From positions 90,582,001-90,646,000 of the forward strand of contig OX597815.1 of assembly GCA_951406725.2 (NCBI GenBank): a stretch of 64,000 nt of DNA, given 5' to 3'. This document shows, piece by piece, positions 14,560 to 27,740 of this stretch. The notes under the pieces are model-generated. The model was not told where the DNA came from, ran no database searches, and was given only the letters and a program-made list of their open reading frames with translations. This DNA comes from Octopus vulgaris (lineage: Eukaryota). The stretch's first letter is position 1, and every line of letters begins with the position of its first letter. Made by a program: the position numbers and the translations under genes.

Positions 14560-15300
14560 AGGACTGTTGTCATAAATATTCATATATGTCCAATATGCTG
14601 CATGCACACATTTCCTCATAAGATCTTTACAAAATTATCTCTGGTTATTTGAGAATATCCGGTTTTGCTGGAACTGCGATATGCGGTCAGTGTAGCGTTG
14701 CACCTTTGACGTTCTTGCCGCACACATTGTTTTAGGGTTTCGGTAAACATTTTGAACCCTTTCTTTTCTATTTGGTATTTTGTGTCAAGACATGCCCTTG
14801 CACCTTCTTTAGCATTTTCCCCTGGCCTTTGGACAATACTTCTATGCGATTCAGATCTCTACTCAAAGTTTTAATATCGCCTTCAATTCTCTGCTTCCAT
14901 CATGGTTCCTTCCGTCCGTTTACTTTCCTCTTTTTCTTTCTAAATTATTGGCCTACTAAAATTGAAGCGGATCTGATCAAGTCCCTTGTTCCCGCTAGAT
15001 CTTTTGTCAGGAAGTATTTCATAATCTTATCAACCTTTTGGGTCACGCGTTTCACATTGTTACGAAGAAAGCTTCCCAAATTCACCGGCCTGTCCCCTGT
15101 CCTTGTAATTATGATATCCTCGCGTCTTATTCTGAAGTTTCTCTGTTCCTCAGTCATATCCTCTCATACTGGGTTTTTTTTTACATTACATTGATTGGCC
15201 GGTTTCTTCTCTACTGCAGCTTCACCTTGGCTACGCATTCGCTGATCTTCACCTACATTACTCTCCTCGAAGTTATCACCACTACGGAGGAATTTCCCGA
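14560..15300 (-). mobile_element. Decayed R4/Dong-type LINE, N-terminal (pre-RT) fragment
   Basis: Minus strand: DLIRSASILVGQ, PWWKQRIEGDIKTLSRDL and ETLKQ align with NLIYSTAKVV / PKWKVAIQKEIESLRAD / ELLKQRI of the 22570 ORF. Confidence 0.65.
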
Positions 15301-16155
15301 GCCTCATTAAGAAAGCTTCTATTCCGAGTTATTCTTATTCATACACAGCTGGTTCCAAACTTCTACTGATCTTTTTCGACAGTTTTACATTTGCCATTGT
15401 TCTTGTCTAGCAAGGTTTGTTCATGACACTGGATAGCCTTTATGTTCATATCAAGACTGATAATTTCCCACTCCATTGCCCTCTGAGATGCCTCTGCCAG
15501 GTGCAGAAGTTCTGGTGTCTTGGACATCCAGAGGAATCTTACCATTCAAGTCTTATTTGGGTTTGAAATTGTTTTCAATTTTAGTAGGTGAACTATTTAG
15601 AAAGAAAAAGAGGAAACAGAAACTGTTGTCATCATTGCAAAGAATGCGAATTACTCTTTACAGTAAAGGGTTACCCTTAATACAAACCAGCTTTAACTTG
15701 GTTGCCAGCCAAGGCTTTGGGACGCCAAGTTCGCCCACAGGACTCCCACAGACGCAGAGGTTACTCCAGCCTATGCAGGGCAGGGGTGGCACCAATTCCC
15801 TGCGCTCTTCACATGAACAGCTGCATACAGAATTACACTATCTGACCTGTCCTTCTTCTGCGGTGTTAGATGTTAATTGAAAGATATATAACTACTCTTT
15901 CTAGCATGCCGAATGGCTTCACAGACAGTCCAAAGCTCACTTGTAATCTTCTTCATTGGACATGTTCAGTGCCGTTGCTTTTGTCCTTACTTCTGTAGCA
16001 ATGATGTTTATTGTCACCAACTTGGCTATGTTCTCTAACCACAGAGGGAGAGGCTGGTTGGCAGGTTTTAGGTGTTTCCTGTGTTGTTGATGTTGTAGTC
16101 TTTGTCTTTGTTCTATTGACGTTGTCAATTGCTGCCTTTATTGTTGAATCTATGT

Positions 16156-16413
<258 letters not shown>

Positions 16414-17200
16414 TTTCGTATTCCTGTGCGATCAAAGCACAAAAGAAAAGAGTCACTCCCTTGCGGTCAGCAGGGGTCAAGTGTGTTTACTACTACTACT
16501 AGCGATCAATGAGAGAGTTGTCCTTGGCCTTGGAAAGGACCAGTTCACTTTGTTCTGTTTCAATAACTGATAGAAAAATTAATGATATATATATATACTG
16601 ATACGTACATCGTTGAATTTTTGAATTTTACATATTTTCTTTTTATAGGTTTTGCAGTGGTTTCCAGTTTTCTTAATTGTACAGTTTATATATATTGGCA
16701 GTTGCTTACCTCCTTAGTTTTTATCGTGCTTTTAATATTGGTGTGGCAATAAAAGGTATATCTACGTATTCCAATAGTCAGGGAGAAAATAAGAGTAAAA
16801 GTTTCACAGAAAATTGTAGTTATTAAAGTTTTTTAAATTTTATAAAGATGATCGTTGGTGTGTCCGTCCAGAGAAAACTGTAGAGTTCTTGCACTGGAAG
16901 AATGTTTACATTTTCAAATACTCAGAGAGAAGGAAAGTATAGATATTAATAGTAAGTTGTAGGTAATGAAGATTCAACATTTTTTTTCAAATGTTCATTG
17001 TTCCCATCGTTGAAATTTTTTTTTCTTTTTAAATGTTTTGTAGTGGTTTATAGGTTTTTTTAATTGTTCAGTTTGTGTATGTGGCAGTTGCTTATCTCCT
17101 TAATTGATATCGTGCGTTTAATAGCGTTGTTGTAATAAAAGGTATGTTTACATATTCGAGTAGTCACGGAGATTATTATTGTTATTATTATTATTATTAC

Positions 17201-17251
<51 letters not shown>

Positions 17252-17266
17252 CATTATTATTATTAT

Positions 17267-18166
17267 TTTGTTTTTTTCTTCTTTCTTCAAATTTTCTTCC
17301 GTTTCTTGCCGTGTGTTTTCCATACACCTAGGGCAGAGAGGCTCGTTGTATGCATTCCCAGATTACACATGCAAATTCACAGATAAAATATGTATTTAAA
17401 AATTAATAAATAAATAAATCCATGGATGGATGTTGTTTTCACAGCGATAATGCTCTTCTCACTACATGAGCCGTTTCAGTTAATACGATATTTTGCACTT
17501 CCTGTTGGGATGGTAAGCCTGGAATCATTTTCAAATAGGTTTCAGTACCTTTTTTTTTATCATTCCTAGAGATCCAACAATCACTGGTACTGTAGTCGCC
17601 TTGAGATGCCACATTTTTTCAATTTCTATTAGCAGGTCTTTATATTTACTAATCTTGTCAAATTCTTTCGCCGCTATATTGTGATCGCAAGGGATACTCA
17701 TGTCAATTAATAAACACATCTTTTTTGTCTGATCTTTTATAATAATATCCGGTTTATTAGCTTTTATAGTCTTGTCGGCCTGTACGGGGAAGTCCCATAG
17801 AATCGACACATCTTCTCCCTCAGTCACAGCTTCAGGATGGTGTTTATACCATTTGTCAGCGGTTTTGATTTTATAATACCGACATATTGTCCAATGTAAA
17901 TACTGGCCGACTCTGTCATGTCTTGCTTTATATTCTGCAGGTGCTAAGACTCTACACCCTGAGATTAGGCGGTCTATTGTTTCAATCTCATCGTTACAGA
18001 ATCGGCATTTTGGGTCAGCTCCATTTTTTATCACATTGGCTTGGTAGTTCCGGGTTAATAAGCTTTGATCTTGAGCAGCTAATATGAAACCTTCACTCTC
18101 TGCTTTTAGCCCTGATCTTCGTAACTATTGATGCGTGTGTTTCTGGTCGACATCAGCTTGCTTTCT
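17267..18166 (-). mobile_element. 5'-truncated R4/Dong-type RLE LINE inserted in (TAA)n
   Basis: CRFC..ETID.LISGC zinc knuckle, RHD, KPDII..D RLE motif, then a 3' UTR. (TAT)n lies on both sides (17174-17266, 18167-18272). Confidence 0.9.
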
Positions 18167-18176
18167 ACTATTATTA

Positions 18177-18237
<61 letters not shown>

Positions 18238-19231
18238 CATTATTATTATTATCATTATTATTATTATTATTATTTATGTATTAATATCTTTATTAGTGAT
18301 GATGCAAGATACCTGAGTGATTCTTGCTTGTTGTTTCCCTGTACGATTCGTCTTTTTCTTTTCAAGATAGCTACGTGATTTGTAGCAAAATAATAATAAT
18401 AATGATAAAGGCATTACCTTTCATCTGCAACACCAGCATTCGCACACCGCTGTATAAGTCGAAATATCCGACTCTTTTTATGGGAAAAATCGGCAGCCTT
18501 CTAGGAGTCTCCTATAGTGTGGATGAGATTGAAATACCTAGTCTTTTTTCTTCAGCCGAGTCGTTTCAGAGAATGACAGCCGAGAGGGACTACTTGCCCT
18601 TGATGGTACATTTAATACTGTATCACTGCAGTTCTTTGATTCCTTCAAAGTAACTATGAACCTTAATCGCGACTTTTTCTTTCCTTTTTATAGTTATCTG
18701 TTGTTTTACTTCCTTCCCCTGGTCTAGATTTTTTCTAACCCCATCTATGCTGTATTTGTCTTTTGCAGGATCTCGTCAACGATAAAGAAACAATTACACT
18801 GTATGACAAAACAAAAAAAAAATTTAGCAAGAGTGTGACTCAAGGTAATTTTAAGGAGCTCTTTCTGAATATGAAATTAGGATTGCACCATCACGTGTAA
18901 ATTTTGATCTAGAAGACACCCACATATTACCAAATTTGCAGAAATTTAATATGGTGTGCAGTACGTTACGTGTTACTATTTGTCTTTTAAATATGCTTTT
19001 GATAGTTTATTTTTGTTACAAACTTTTAATGAGACAACTGTAAATGTAACGCATATAACACATGTTGAATCGTGTCTACTTTTTACAACACTGATTTAAA
19101 TGCGTGTTTCGGATGTTATTGGGACTTGAATCAAATTGGTAATTGCTTTGTTTACTGTGGACTGCAGCGTTTCTTTTTATTTCTCCACTTCAATTTGCTT
19201 CAATATGTATGGCTTCATGACGTGTATGTCA

Positions 19232-19550
19232 CAATGACCCAGATCACTTCCATTACATCTGTGGGAAATATGTTTTCGGGGACTAAACATCACGCTACTC
19301 ATACAAGTAAAATAGAAGGATTACTCCAAAATGAAACTTGCAGACCAAGATAAATGTTTTGCTCCACATATTATGTGGAAATTTTGAAGTAATCGACTTT
19401 ACATGTGATCCAGTGGTAACCTGAAGCAAATGACACCTGTCACTCCAATAGCATGGCGAGTAAAAGACAACCATTCTACTGACAGCTACATTTGCATTAC
19501 TAATGTTGAAGGGTTCAATACAAAAACTGCTAAATATATCTAGTGTCCTC
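19232..19550 (+). mobile_element. Decayed DNA transposase N-terminus, CMC/Chapaev-3-like
   Basis: DPDHFHYICGKY, QDKCFAPHI and PIAWRVKDNHSTDSYICITNVEGF resemble the recalled FCYICG / DQDK.WAPH / PM.WREP..H..DCYFC motifs. Confidence 0.6.
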
Positions 19551-19566
19551 CGTGTGTATACACATA

Positions 19567-19788
19567 TACGAGGGCATACTGAAAAGTTCTTGGCTTTGGG
19601 TAAAAGAAAGTACAGGCGGATCAGTTAATTACGATTTTATTCAACACATTCCCGTCTCAGATTCACAGACTTATTGCAGTACTCCTCCAGATTTTCTAAG
19701 CCCTGTAAAAGAATTGTGAAGGTTGGGCTACCAAGCATGCGTTTTACAATACCTTTAGAACTAGGAACTTATTGATACTACCACGTAT
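19567..19788. mobile_element. Mariner-derived MITE
   Basis: TACGAGGGCATACTGAAAAGTTCTTGGCT ... AGGAACTTATTGATACTACCACGTA. Imperfect TIRs in a TA context. Confidence 0.7.
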
Positions 19789-21102
19789 ACACGCGTGTGT
19801 GTATATATGTGTCTGTGCCTAGATATCTATATATAAACAAAAGCACTGGTTTGAAATCCAAGGAAGGGAAGAAAGTGTTTAATACTACATAAAGTAGTGA
19901 GAACAGATATACATCTATTATACCTGTTATCACAATGATTTGCCACACTAGATATTTTAAATCTTCTGGAACTTATCTTGTAGACACTCCAATACAAGGC
20001 ACGATTTGATTTCTACTCACTTTACATTCTTTGAGCAGAATTTGACAGTACCCATTTATTTCTTCGAATGCTATGAAAAATAATAGGCTCGAAGAACCGA
20101 GTAATATCACATCCATGATAAAACAGAAACTTGCTTGCAGCGTGAGACATTTGTGTATAGACAAACGAAATATTAATTTTGAAGAATTTTATGCTTGAGA
20201 TAACTTCACTTTAGGTAGGTGTTTCCACTTTCGATTAATGAGATTTTTGAGCTTCACGTTTTCTATTAATACCTTTTTGAAATATTTCGACTTCAAGCTG
20301 TTGAATATCATTACAATATTGTAAAGGATATTTGAGAGAGAAGCCAAAATTTAACACATTATTCCTGGTGTTTTAAATCTAATCACAATTTTATGTTTCT
20401 TTATACAACTATTATTAGTATAGAATAATCATCACCTGTATAAATAACCAGCAATCATTTTCAAACTTTCCTTTGGTATCAATTCTCCATAAGGCAATCC
20501 GTGTGTTGATATTTAACTCGCCTGATTGTCGATTGAAACAGTTACAAACTATCTGTGATACATAAGAAGGCGCGAAAATAGTTTAATGAATGCTGTGAAA
20601 ATAGATTAGCGAAGACTAGGTGAAAATTTGCTTCGGTGAAAAATCAATAACACCTTCTAGATATGACACATAAGTTAAAAAATAAACGAGGAAAGTTTCA
20701 AAGTCAAGCAAATCGAAAAGAGGAAAATAAAGTCTTCGAAGCACTTCGAAATATCTTTTATTTTGTATTCTTGTTTATTTATTTATTTATTCTGTTAGAA
20801 GTTTTCTTAAAATTTCTTTTCATGTGTGTGTATGTTTGTGTTAGTTTAACATCAAAGAAAGTTAAGGTCAGAGAACGACTGAAATAATTTTCTTACTATC
20901 ACTCGACGAAAATCTGATAAAAAAAAGCTACGGAAAGGCCTTATTGTAACATGGAATCGTTGACACATTTTAATCTAGAAAACGAAGCATCGACAATGTT
21001 AAACCTCTAATAATGCATAGATAAATTTCCATAAACACACAGACGCACACACATTCACTTAAGAGTTAGCTAGGCATCAATCCACCACTATTTAGAATGA
21101 TG

Positions 21103-21320
21103 TATATTTAAGAGATGAGGAATTATGTACGTTATTTACATTATTTACCATTAACGGATATTTGTCCTTATCTTTGTTGTTAACAAAACGTTCGACTTAT
21201 ATACCATCCAGCCTTCATCAGGTGTCTGAGGGACATTTCAAACCTGGGTTCTCATTCCTAAGGTATTCATTGATGTTGTTGTTGTTGTTATTATTATTAT
21301 ACTACTACTACTACTACTAC

Positions 21321-21369
<49 letters not shown>

Positions 21370-21444
21370 TTCACTGCCTGGAATCGAACTCGGAATCTTG
21401 GGGTTAGTAGCCCGCGCTCTTAACCCCTACGCCATATACCCGTG
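21103..21444 (-). mobile_element. tRNA-head + (AAT)n + hammerhead element (copy 2)
   Basis: Homologous to 241-416 and 61438-61925. The hammerhead at 21182-21226 has CTGATGA intact, but GAAA is reduced to GAA. Confidence 0.85.
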
Positions 21445-21445
21445 A

Positions 21446-21508
<63 letters not shown>

Positions 21509-21519
21509 TAATAATAATA

Positions 21520-21947
21520 TAAACGTATCTGTCAAGACCTACCAAAAACTGAGCAAATATAGAGATCTTGAAATAGAAATCAGCAAAATATGGAACCTGA
21601 AAACTAAAACAATACCTGTTGAGGTGTCCTGGGAAAGATAGCAAAAGGGGCTGATTGCTACCTAACTCAGATACCAGGAAACCCAAAAATGGCAGAAATT
21701 CAAAAAATAGTGCTCATGGTAACTGCTCATATCCTACGCAAAATATTTTCTATGTAATTTCAAGTTTTAATACAAACATAATTTTCGTATGTTTTTTTTT
21801 AAACATTCACTAGTACAACACTAAATACAAAACCAAATGTATGGCACACTAGGCATAACAACATGAACTTCCAACCTGTTGTCTCTTGAGGTCTCTGGGT
21901 GAGACTTGGAGCCAACTTGTACAAATATAAAGCAAAAGTCAAACATA
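21520..21947 (+). mobile_element. R4/Dong-type LINE 3' fragment between AAT tracts
   Basis: NVSVKTYQKLSKYRDLEIEISKIWNLKTKTIPV ... QKIVLMVTAHILRK, then a 3' UTR ending in (AAT)n. Confidence 0.88.
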
Positions 21948-21963
21948 TAATAATAATAATAAT

Positions 21964-21999
<36 letters not shown>

Positions 22000-22324
22000 A
22001 ATAATAATAATAATAATAATAATATTCAGCTCCGGGCTGAATAACAACATGGATGTTCCCTGGGAGCCTCTCTCCAAAAAACGAATTTAATCCAACAACA
22101 TCGTTAAAATGGAAGAAAGGTTCCACAAAATATCTTTTCCAAATTTTCTTTTAAGGCAAAGTAACTAAAAAGTCCGAACTATTATTGCCATATATAGTAT
22201 GGTTTTCTTTCTTTTATGCATAATATTTCCATGTGACATGCATGAGAAATAGAAGCGAACATCAGAGCTCTTGAAAGACAGTAAGTACATAAATTGATTA
22301 ATTAATTAATTAATTAAATAAGTA

Positions 22325-22417
22325 TACATGCAACTGTTTATGCATACACGTACACATTTTAATTATAAGGTGTACATGCAACTGTTTGTGCATACATGTA
22401 CACATTTTAATTATAAA
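22325..22417. repeat. 48-bp tandem duplication
   Basis: TACATGCAACTGTTT(A/G)TGCATACA(C/T)GTACACATTTTAATTATAA occurs twice. Confidence 0.9.
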
Positions 22418-22569
22418 GCATAAATAATGCTTACACGCGCTCACACGTACACACAGAAAGAAAAACCACGTTACGCGGACGAAAACAAAACAAAAACAAA
22501 GCGATTTTTCACGAACAAACGCAAAAAAGAGAAAATTGGTCACTGAATTTAGAAAGTCACTACACAGTT

Positions 22570-25500
22570 ATGCCCGGAAACATGACTACCAAAAGAAATA
22601 GAGGCGAATTTCGATCTGTAAGTCTTATGCGAGTTCGATATGAACAATATATTAATTCGGAGAATTCAGAAGCGCTGTTTTGTCAAAAAATTGACCCTGT
22701 CACCGTCACAGAAGCGGCGTCTTGTCAAAAAGTTGACTCTGAAAAAATGGACCCCTCTGATGTCGCCGTCAATCATTTAATGAAAACAAGCCAAAAATCA
22801 TGCCGGATCGGTCATCGCCCGGGACAACAAGGACCGCGTTACCCAGTAGGGAACCAGACTGGGGTCGAAAAGTTTGCTGCTGGAACAAACTCTCAAAAAG
22901 ACGATCTACCAGGTGACCAGAACCAGAATACGTCTAACTCTGGACTTGTAGTGACACCACCAAAAACACCACCTAAAGCAAAACGTATAAAATGGACCAG
23001 AGAGGACTATAGAGATGTGTTGAAAGCTTTTTATACAGCCCAACTAAACCCAAACAATAACCTCTGTGTACAAACATACATCTCATGGAGAAATTCAGTA
23101 GGCAATGACGTACGTAGATATATAGACGCAAATAAATTAAGTAATGTACGCAGAGATATAATTAAAAACAAAAGACTAACTGACGCTGAAATTGACAAAA
23201 TTAGGACACTAATAGCTCATGGTAGACCAAAAGAAAACAGCAACAATGTAGACGAAATAGGTAACAGTAGCACAGAAGCCAGTGTACAAGCGGCAAATCA
23301 ACTTCCCAATGGGGAAGTTAAACAAAGAATAGCGAAGACGAGAGATTTGAAAAAAGAGGAGAACGTAGACCTTCCTCAAGAAAACCAAAATAGATATGAC
23401 ATAGAATTTGAGGTGAATAATAGAGAAAAGATTATGGAAGCAAAAGTGGACATTATGAGAGAACTCGGCAAGATTGAGCTCACTGACATGGTTAATAGAG
23501 AACCACTACCAAAGTTTTCAAATGGCACAAGAAATAACAACACAATCATGACATATAACGTTGCCCTAGGACAGATCTTAAGAAATAAGGGGAATGATTT
23601 GACAACCTTAAATAATCTCATTTATTCCACTGCTAAAGTAGTAACTACCCAACTAGGTATTAAGATGACAAAGAAAAAGGCCAGGCATGTCAATGAACCT
23701 CCTAAGTGGAAAGTAGCGATACAAAAAGAGATTGAATCTCTGCGGGCGGATGTTTCAGTTCTCGATGAGCCTGCTAGAGGAGTGAATATTAAGCCGAGAA
23801 AAGCTAGAAAAATCAAGCAAAAATATAAAATCAAAGATCTCATAAACCTCCCTACAACTAAGGAACTGTTGAAACAACGGATACAGTTGAAAGCTCAACG
23901 GCTTAGAAGATATGACAAAAGAAACAAATTTTATCGACAAAATAAATTTTTTAAGACAGATGCAAAGAAATTTTATAGGGAAATTGGCAAAAATAAAATA
24001 CACATAGAAGATCCACCTAAGATTGAGGAAGTGGAGGAGTTCTGGAAGAAGGTATGGAGCAACGAAAAAGAGTTTAATGCTGAGGCTGACTGGATAGAAC
24101 GTGAGAAAGAGAGACTGGATGAACTTGAAGAACAGAAATGGGAAGCAATAGGAATAGAGGAGCTAAGGTGTGTCCTTAGGAAGGCTCATAAATGGAAAAC
24201 CCCAGGACTGGATCGGATCCCTAACTTCTGGCTGAATTGTTTGACAGAGGTACACGAACATCTCGCTGCATCTCTGTCTGATGTCATTCAGAACCCAGAG
24301 CAAATACCTGCTTGGCTGACTGAAGGAACCACCTACCTATTACCTAAAACCGAAGACACAAAAAACCGAAAGAATTACCGGCCAATAACATGTCTCAACA
24401 CCACCTACAAAATCCTCACATCCATAATAACGGAGAGAATGTACGCTTTCCTTGAACAAAATTCTATCCTTCCACAAGCTCAAAAAGGTTGTAAAAGAAA
24501 CTCTTATGGGTGCAAAGACCAATTGTTCATAAACAGAATGATTGTAGAGAATTGCCGGAGCAAAAACAAAAACCTGAGTATGGCATGGATAGACTACAGG
24601 AAAGCGTATGACAGTGTCCCACATAAATGGATACTCAAGGCCCTTCAGATATACAAGATCTCCCCTGTCGTCTCAAAATTCTTAGAGAATAGCATGACCA
24701 TGTGGAACACACGTCTCTTTCTAAGCCATAGTAATGGGATGAGCCAGTCCAACAGCATCAACATCAAACGAGGCATCTTTCAAGGTGACTCCCTCTCTCC
24801 ATTACTTTTTTGCATGGCACTGATCCCACTCTCAAACGAATTGGATAGTGCCAGATATGGGTACATAGTTTTTAGCAAGTTAATAAACCACCTTTTTTAT
24901 ATGGACGATCTAAAGCTGTTTGCCAAGAATGACCAAGAGCTAGAAGTGCTGCTAACAACTGTTAAAGAGTTTAGCAATGATATCGGAATGGATTTTGGCC
25001 TTGATAAGTGTGCTAAAGCAACTTTTGTAAGAGGCAAGCTCAGGCAAACAGCTTCTGTTAAATTAGATATTGACACTACCATCAAGGAACTTGACCCACA
25101 AGAAAGTTACAAATACCTAGGAATCAACGAAGGAGATGGTATACATCATGCTACTATGAAGGAAAAAATAAGAAAGGAGTACTATAGGAGAATAAGGCTT
25201 GTACTGAAGACTGAATTCAACTCCAAAAATTGCATTGAGGCCATTAACACCCTGGCACTCCAGTAGTCCAGTACAGGTTTAACATCATTAACTGGAACCT
25301 TACGGAACTCCAACGCTTGGACAGGAAGACAAGAAAGTTACTGACATCCAGGAGCATGCACCACCCTAAGGCAGATGTAGACCGCTTGTACCTACCTAGA
25401 AGAAGCGGGGGGAGAGGAATGATGCAATTGGAGCTGTGCTATAAGACCTCTACTGTAGGAATGAACAGGTACCTATCTAGTACAAAAGACTGGATGCTGC

Positions 25501-26455
25501 GACTTGTGTGTGAACACGAAAGCAGCAAAAAGCTGCATTCTATTGTCAAGGAAGCTTATAAGTTCGAAAGGGAACTAGGCATTAACCTTGAATCAGGTGA
25601 AGAGCCAGAAACCACTGCTACCAAGCAAGCAAAGCGAATCATGCAGACTGCAAAAAAGAATGGGCAGAATCAAATTGAGAGGCGGTGGAGCCAGAAGCCC
25701 CTGCATGGACAATACATTCTCCGAAGCCAAAATGCTGATGTAGACCAAGCAACAACCCATCAGTGGCTGAAGAGTTCTGGATTGAAAGCAGAGACTGAAG
25801 GCTTCATAATGGCAGCACAAGATCAAAGCTTGTTTACCAGAAATTACCAGGCTAACGTTCTCCGAAACGGTACTGACCCTAAATGCAGATTCTGTGACAC
25901 ATTTGACGAAACAATAGACCATCTCGTTTCGGGATGTCCTGTGCTGACACCAAACGAATACAAAAATCGCCACGATAGGGTAGGACAGTATATACATTGG
26001 AAGATATGTATGTAAACACTACAAATCCGACACTCCTGCTAACTGGTATGAACACCATCCTCAGCCAGTTGTTGAAGGTAAAGATGTCACCATCCTCTGG
26101 GATTTTCCAGTCAACACTGACAGAACGATCAAGGCTAATCGACCAGACATAATTGTTAAAGACAGGGAAGAAAATACCTGCAGACTAATAGAAGTAAGCG
26201 TCCCCACTGATAAAAATGTATCTGTCAAGGAATTTGACAAACTTAGTAAATATAAGGACCTGGAAATCGAAATACAGAGGATGTGGAATCTTAAAACAAA
26301 AACTGTTCCTGTTATTGTAGGTGCCCTAGGTATGATAAAAAAAGGGATGTCAGAAACACCTAGACAATATCCCTGGAAAACCACGTCTCAAGGAAATCCA
26401 AAAGATTGTGCTAACAAGTACTGCCCACATCCTTAGAAAAACCCTATCAATGTAA
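22570..26455 (+). pseudogene. R4/Dong polyprotein (RT, CCHC zinc knuckle, RLE) with 3 frameshifts (~25260, ~26010, ~26345)
   Basis: KNYRPITCL, WIDYRKAYDSVPH, GIFQGDSLSP, HLFYMDDLKL, YKYLG; CRFCDTFDETIDHLVSGC; RHD; NRPDIIV..IEV; ends HILRKTLSM*. Confidence 0.93.
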
Positions 26456-26609
26456 ATGTTTGTGTTTGTATTACATGGAGATATTTCTCTACTTCCCCTC
26501 CCCAAGCTTTCAGCTATATTTCAACAACTCTTAATCTTCACTTGCCCTAGGGCGCTAGGTGTTCCCCGGCAGGTGATTGCATCAAACATGCAGGTTAAAA
26601 GTAAATGAC

Positions 26610-26642
<33 letters not shown>

Positions 26643-26643
26643 A

Positions 26644-26690
<47 letters not shown>

Positions 26691-26694
<4 letters not shown>

Positions 26695-27240
26695 CTGTGG
26701 GACTTTCCAGTACATACAGCCCGAACCATCGGGGCCAATAAACCAGATATTGTTGTGAAAGACCAAAACAATAAAGTTTGCTTATTGATCGACATGAGCA
26801 TCCCCTGTGATCATAATATCCCAGCGAAAGAGTTTGACAAGCTCAGAAAATATAAAGACCTACTCATTGAAATTGAGAAAATGTGGCATCTCAAGGCGGT
26901 TACAATACCAGTGATCGTAGGAGCACTAGGAATGATCAAGAAGGGAACCGAAAATTATATGAGAATGATCCCTGGCTAACCATCCCTGCAATAAGTGCAA
27001 AAGATCGTCTTAACTGGTACATCACATGTATTGAGAAGAGCATTGTCGATGTGAGAATTGTTGCTGCTCATGTATTTTAATTTAACTTAGGAAAAAAAAA
27101 AAAAAAAAAATGAACGAACTATTGAGTTTGGTTTAATGGCCTACCGATGTATACTATGAGTTTCTTTGCCCTAGGAGTCGGGAAGACACTCGGCAAGAAA
27201 TGGAAGCAAATTTGAAAGAAGAAAAAAAAAAAAAAAAAAA
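26691..27240 (+). mobile_element. R4/Dong-type LINE 3' fragment (family related to 17267-18166)
   Basis: ILWDFPVHTARTIGANKPDIVVKDQ..LIDMSIPCD..., then a 3' UTR, poly(A) and (AAT)n. Confidence 0.9.
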
Positions 27241-27283
<43 letters not shown>

Positions 27284-27478
27284 TAATAATAATAATAATA
27301 ATAACAATAACAACAATAATAATAATAACAACAACAACAACATCTAAAAATACCTTAGGAATGAGAACCCAGGTTCGAAATTTCCCCAAGACACCTGATG
27401 AAGGCTGCAGGGTATATCAGCCGAAACATTGTATTAACAACAAACAAGATGACAAATATTTGTCAATTGTAAGTAATG
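27241..27478 (+). mobile_element. (AAT)n + hammerhead tail of the tRNA-head element (copy 3)
   Basis: AACATCTAAAAATACCTTAGGAATGAGAACCCAGGTTCGAAATTTCCCCAAGACACCTGATGAAGGCTG... is the reverse complement of copies 2 and 4. Confidence 0.88.
27390..27435 (+). ncRNA. Minimal type-I hammerhead ribozyme motif
   Basis: gacac CTGATGA a GGCTG cagggtatat CAGCC GAAA catt gtatt, with a perfect 5-bp stem II. Confidence 0.75.
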
Positions 27479-27529
27479 AACTAATTAAATGTCTTGTAAT
27501 ATAGAAATAGATAGAATTATATGCCGCTA

Positions 27530-27740
27530 ATTTTGCTAGCGGTTAGTTTGTAGTTAGTATTTCGCCCGTCGCTACGTTCTGAGTTCAAATTCCGCCGATG
27601 TCGACTTTGCCATTCATCCTTTCGGGGTCGATAAATTAAGTACCCGTTACGCACTGGAGTCGATGTAATCGACTTAATCCGTTTGTCTGTCCTTGTTTGT
27701 CCTCTCGGTGTTTAGCCCCTTGTGGGTAGTAAAGAAACAG
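27530..27740 (+). mobile_element. tRNA-derived SINE family B
   Basis: CGTTCTGAGTTCAAATTCCGCC...CATCCTTTCGGGGTCGATAAATTAAGTAC...TTTAGCCCCTTGTGGG. Confidence 0.88.

Larger units (their letters stand above)
22024..26606 (+). mobile_element. Near full-length R4/Dong-clade non-LTR retrotransposon
   Basis: A single long RT + CCHC + RLE reading frame, flanked by (AAT)n on both sides. The 5' boundary is inferred from the end of the AAT tract. Confidence 0.9.

Noticed and set aside
22024-22095. HDV-like ribozyme at the 5' end of the Dong element
   Set aside because: There is a hairpin (ATTCAGC/GCTGAAT) and a TGGAT/ATCCA pairing, but I could not build the nested double pseudoknot.
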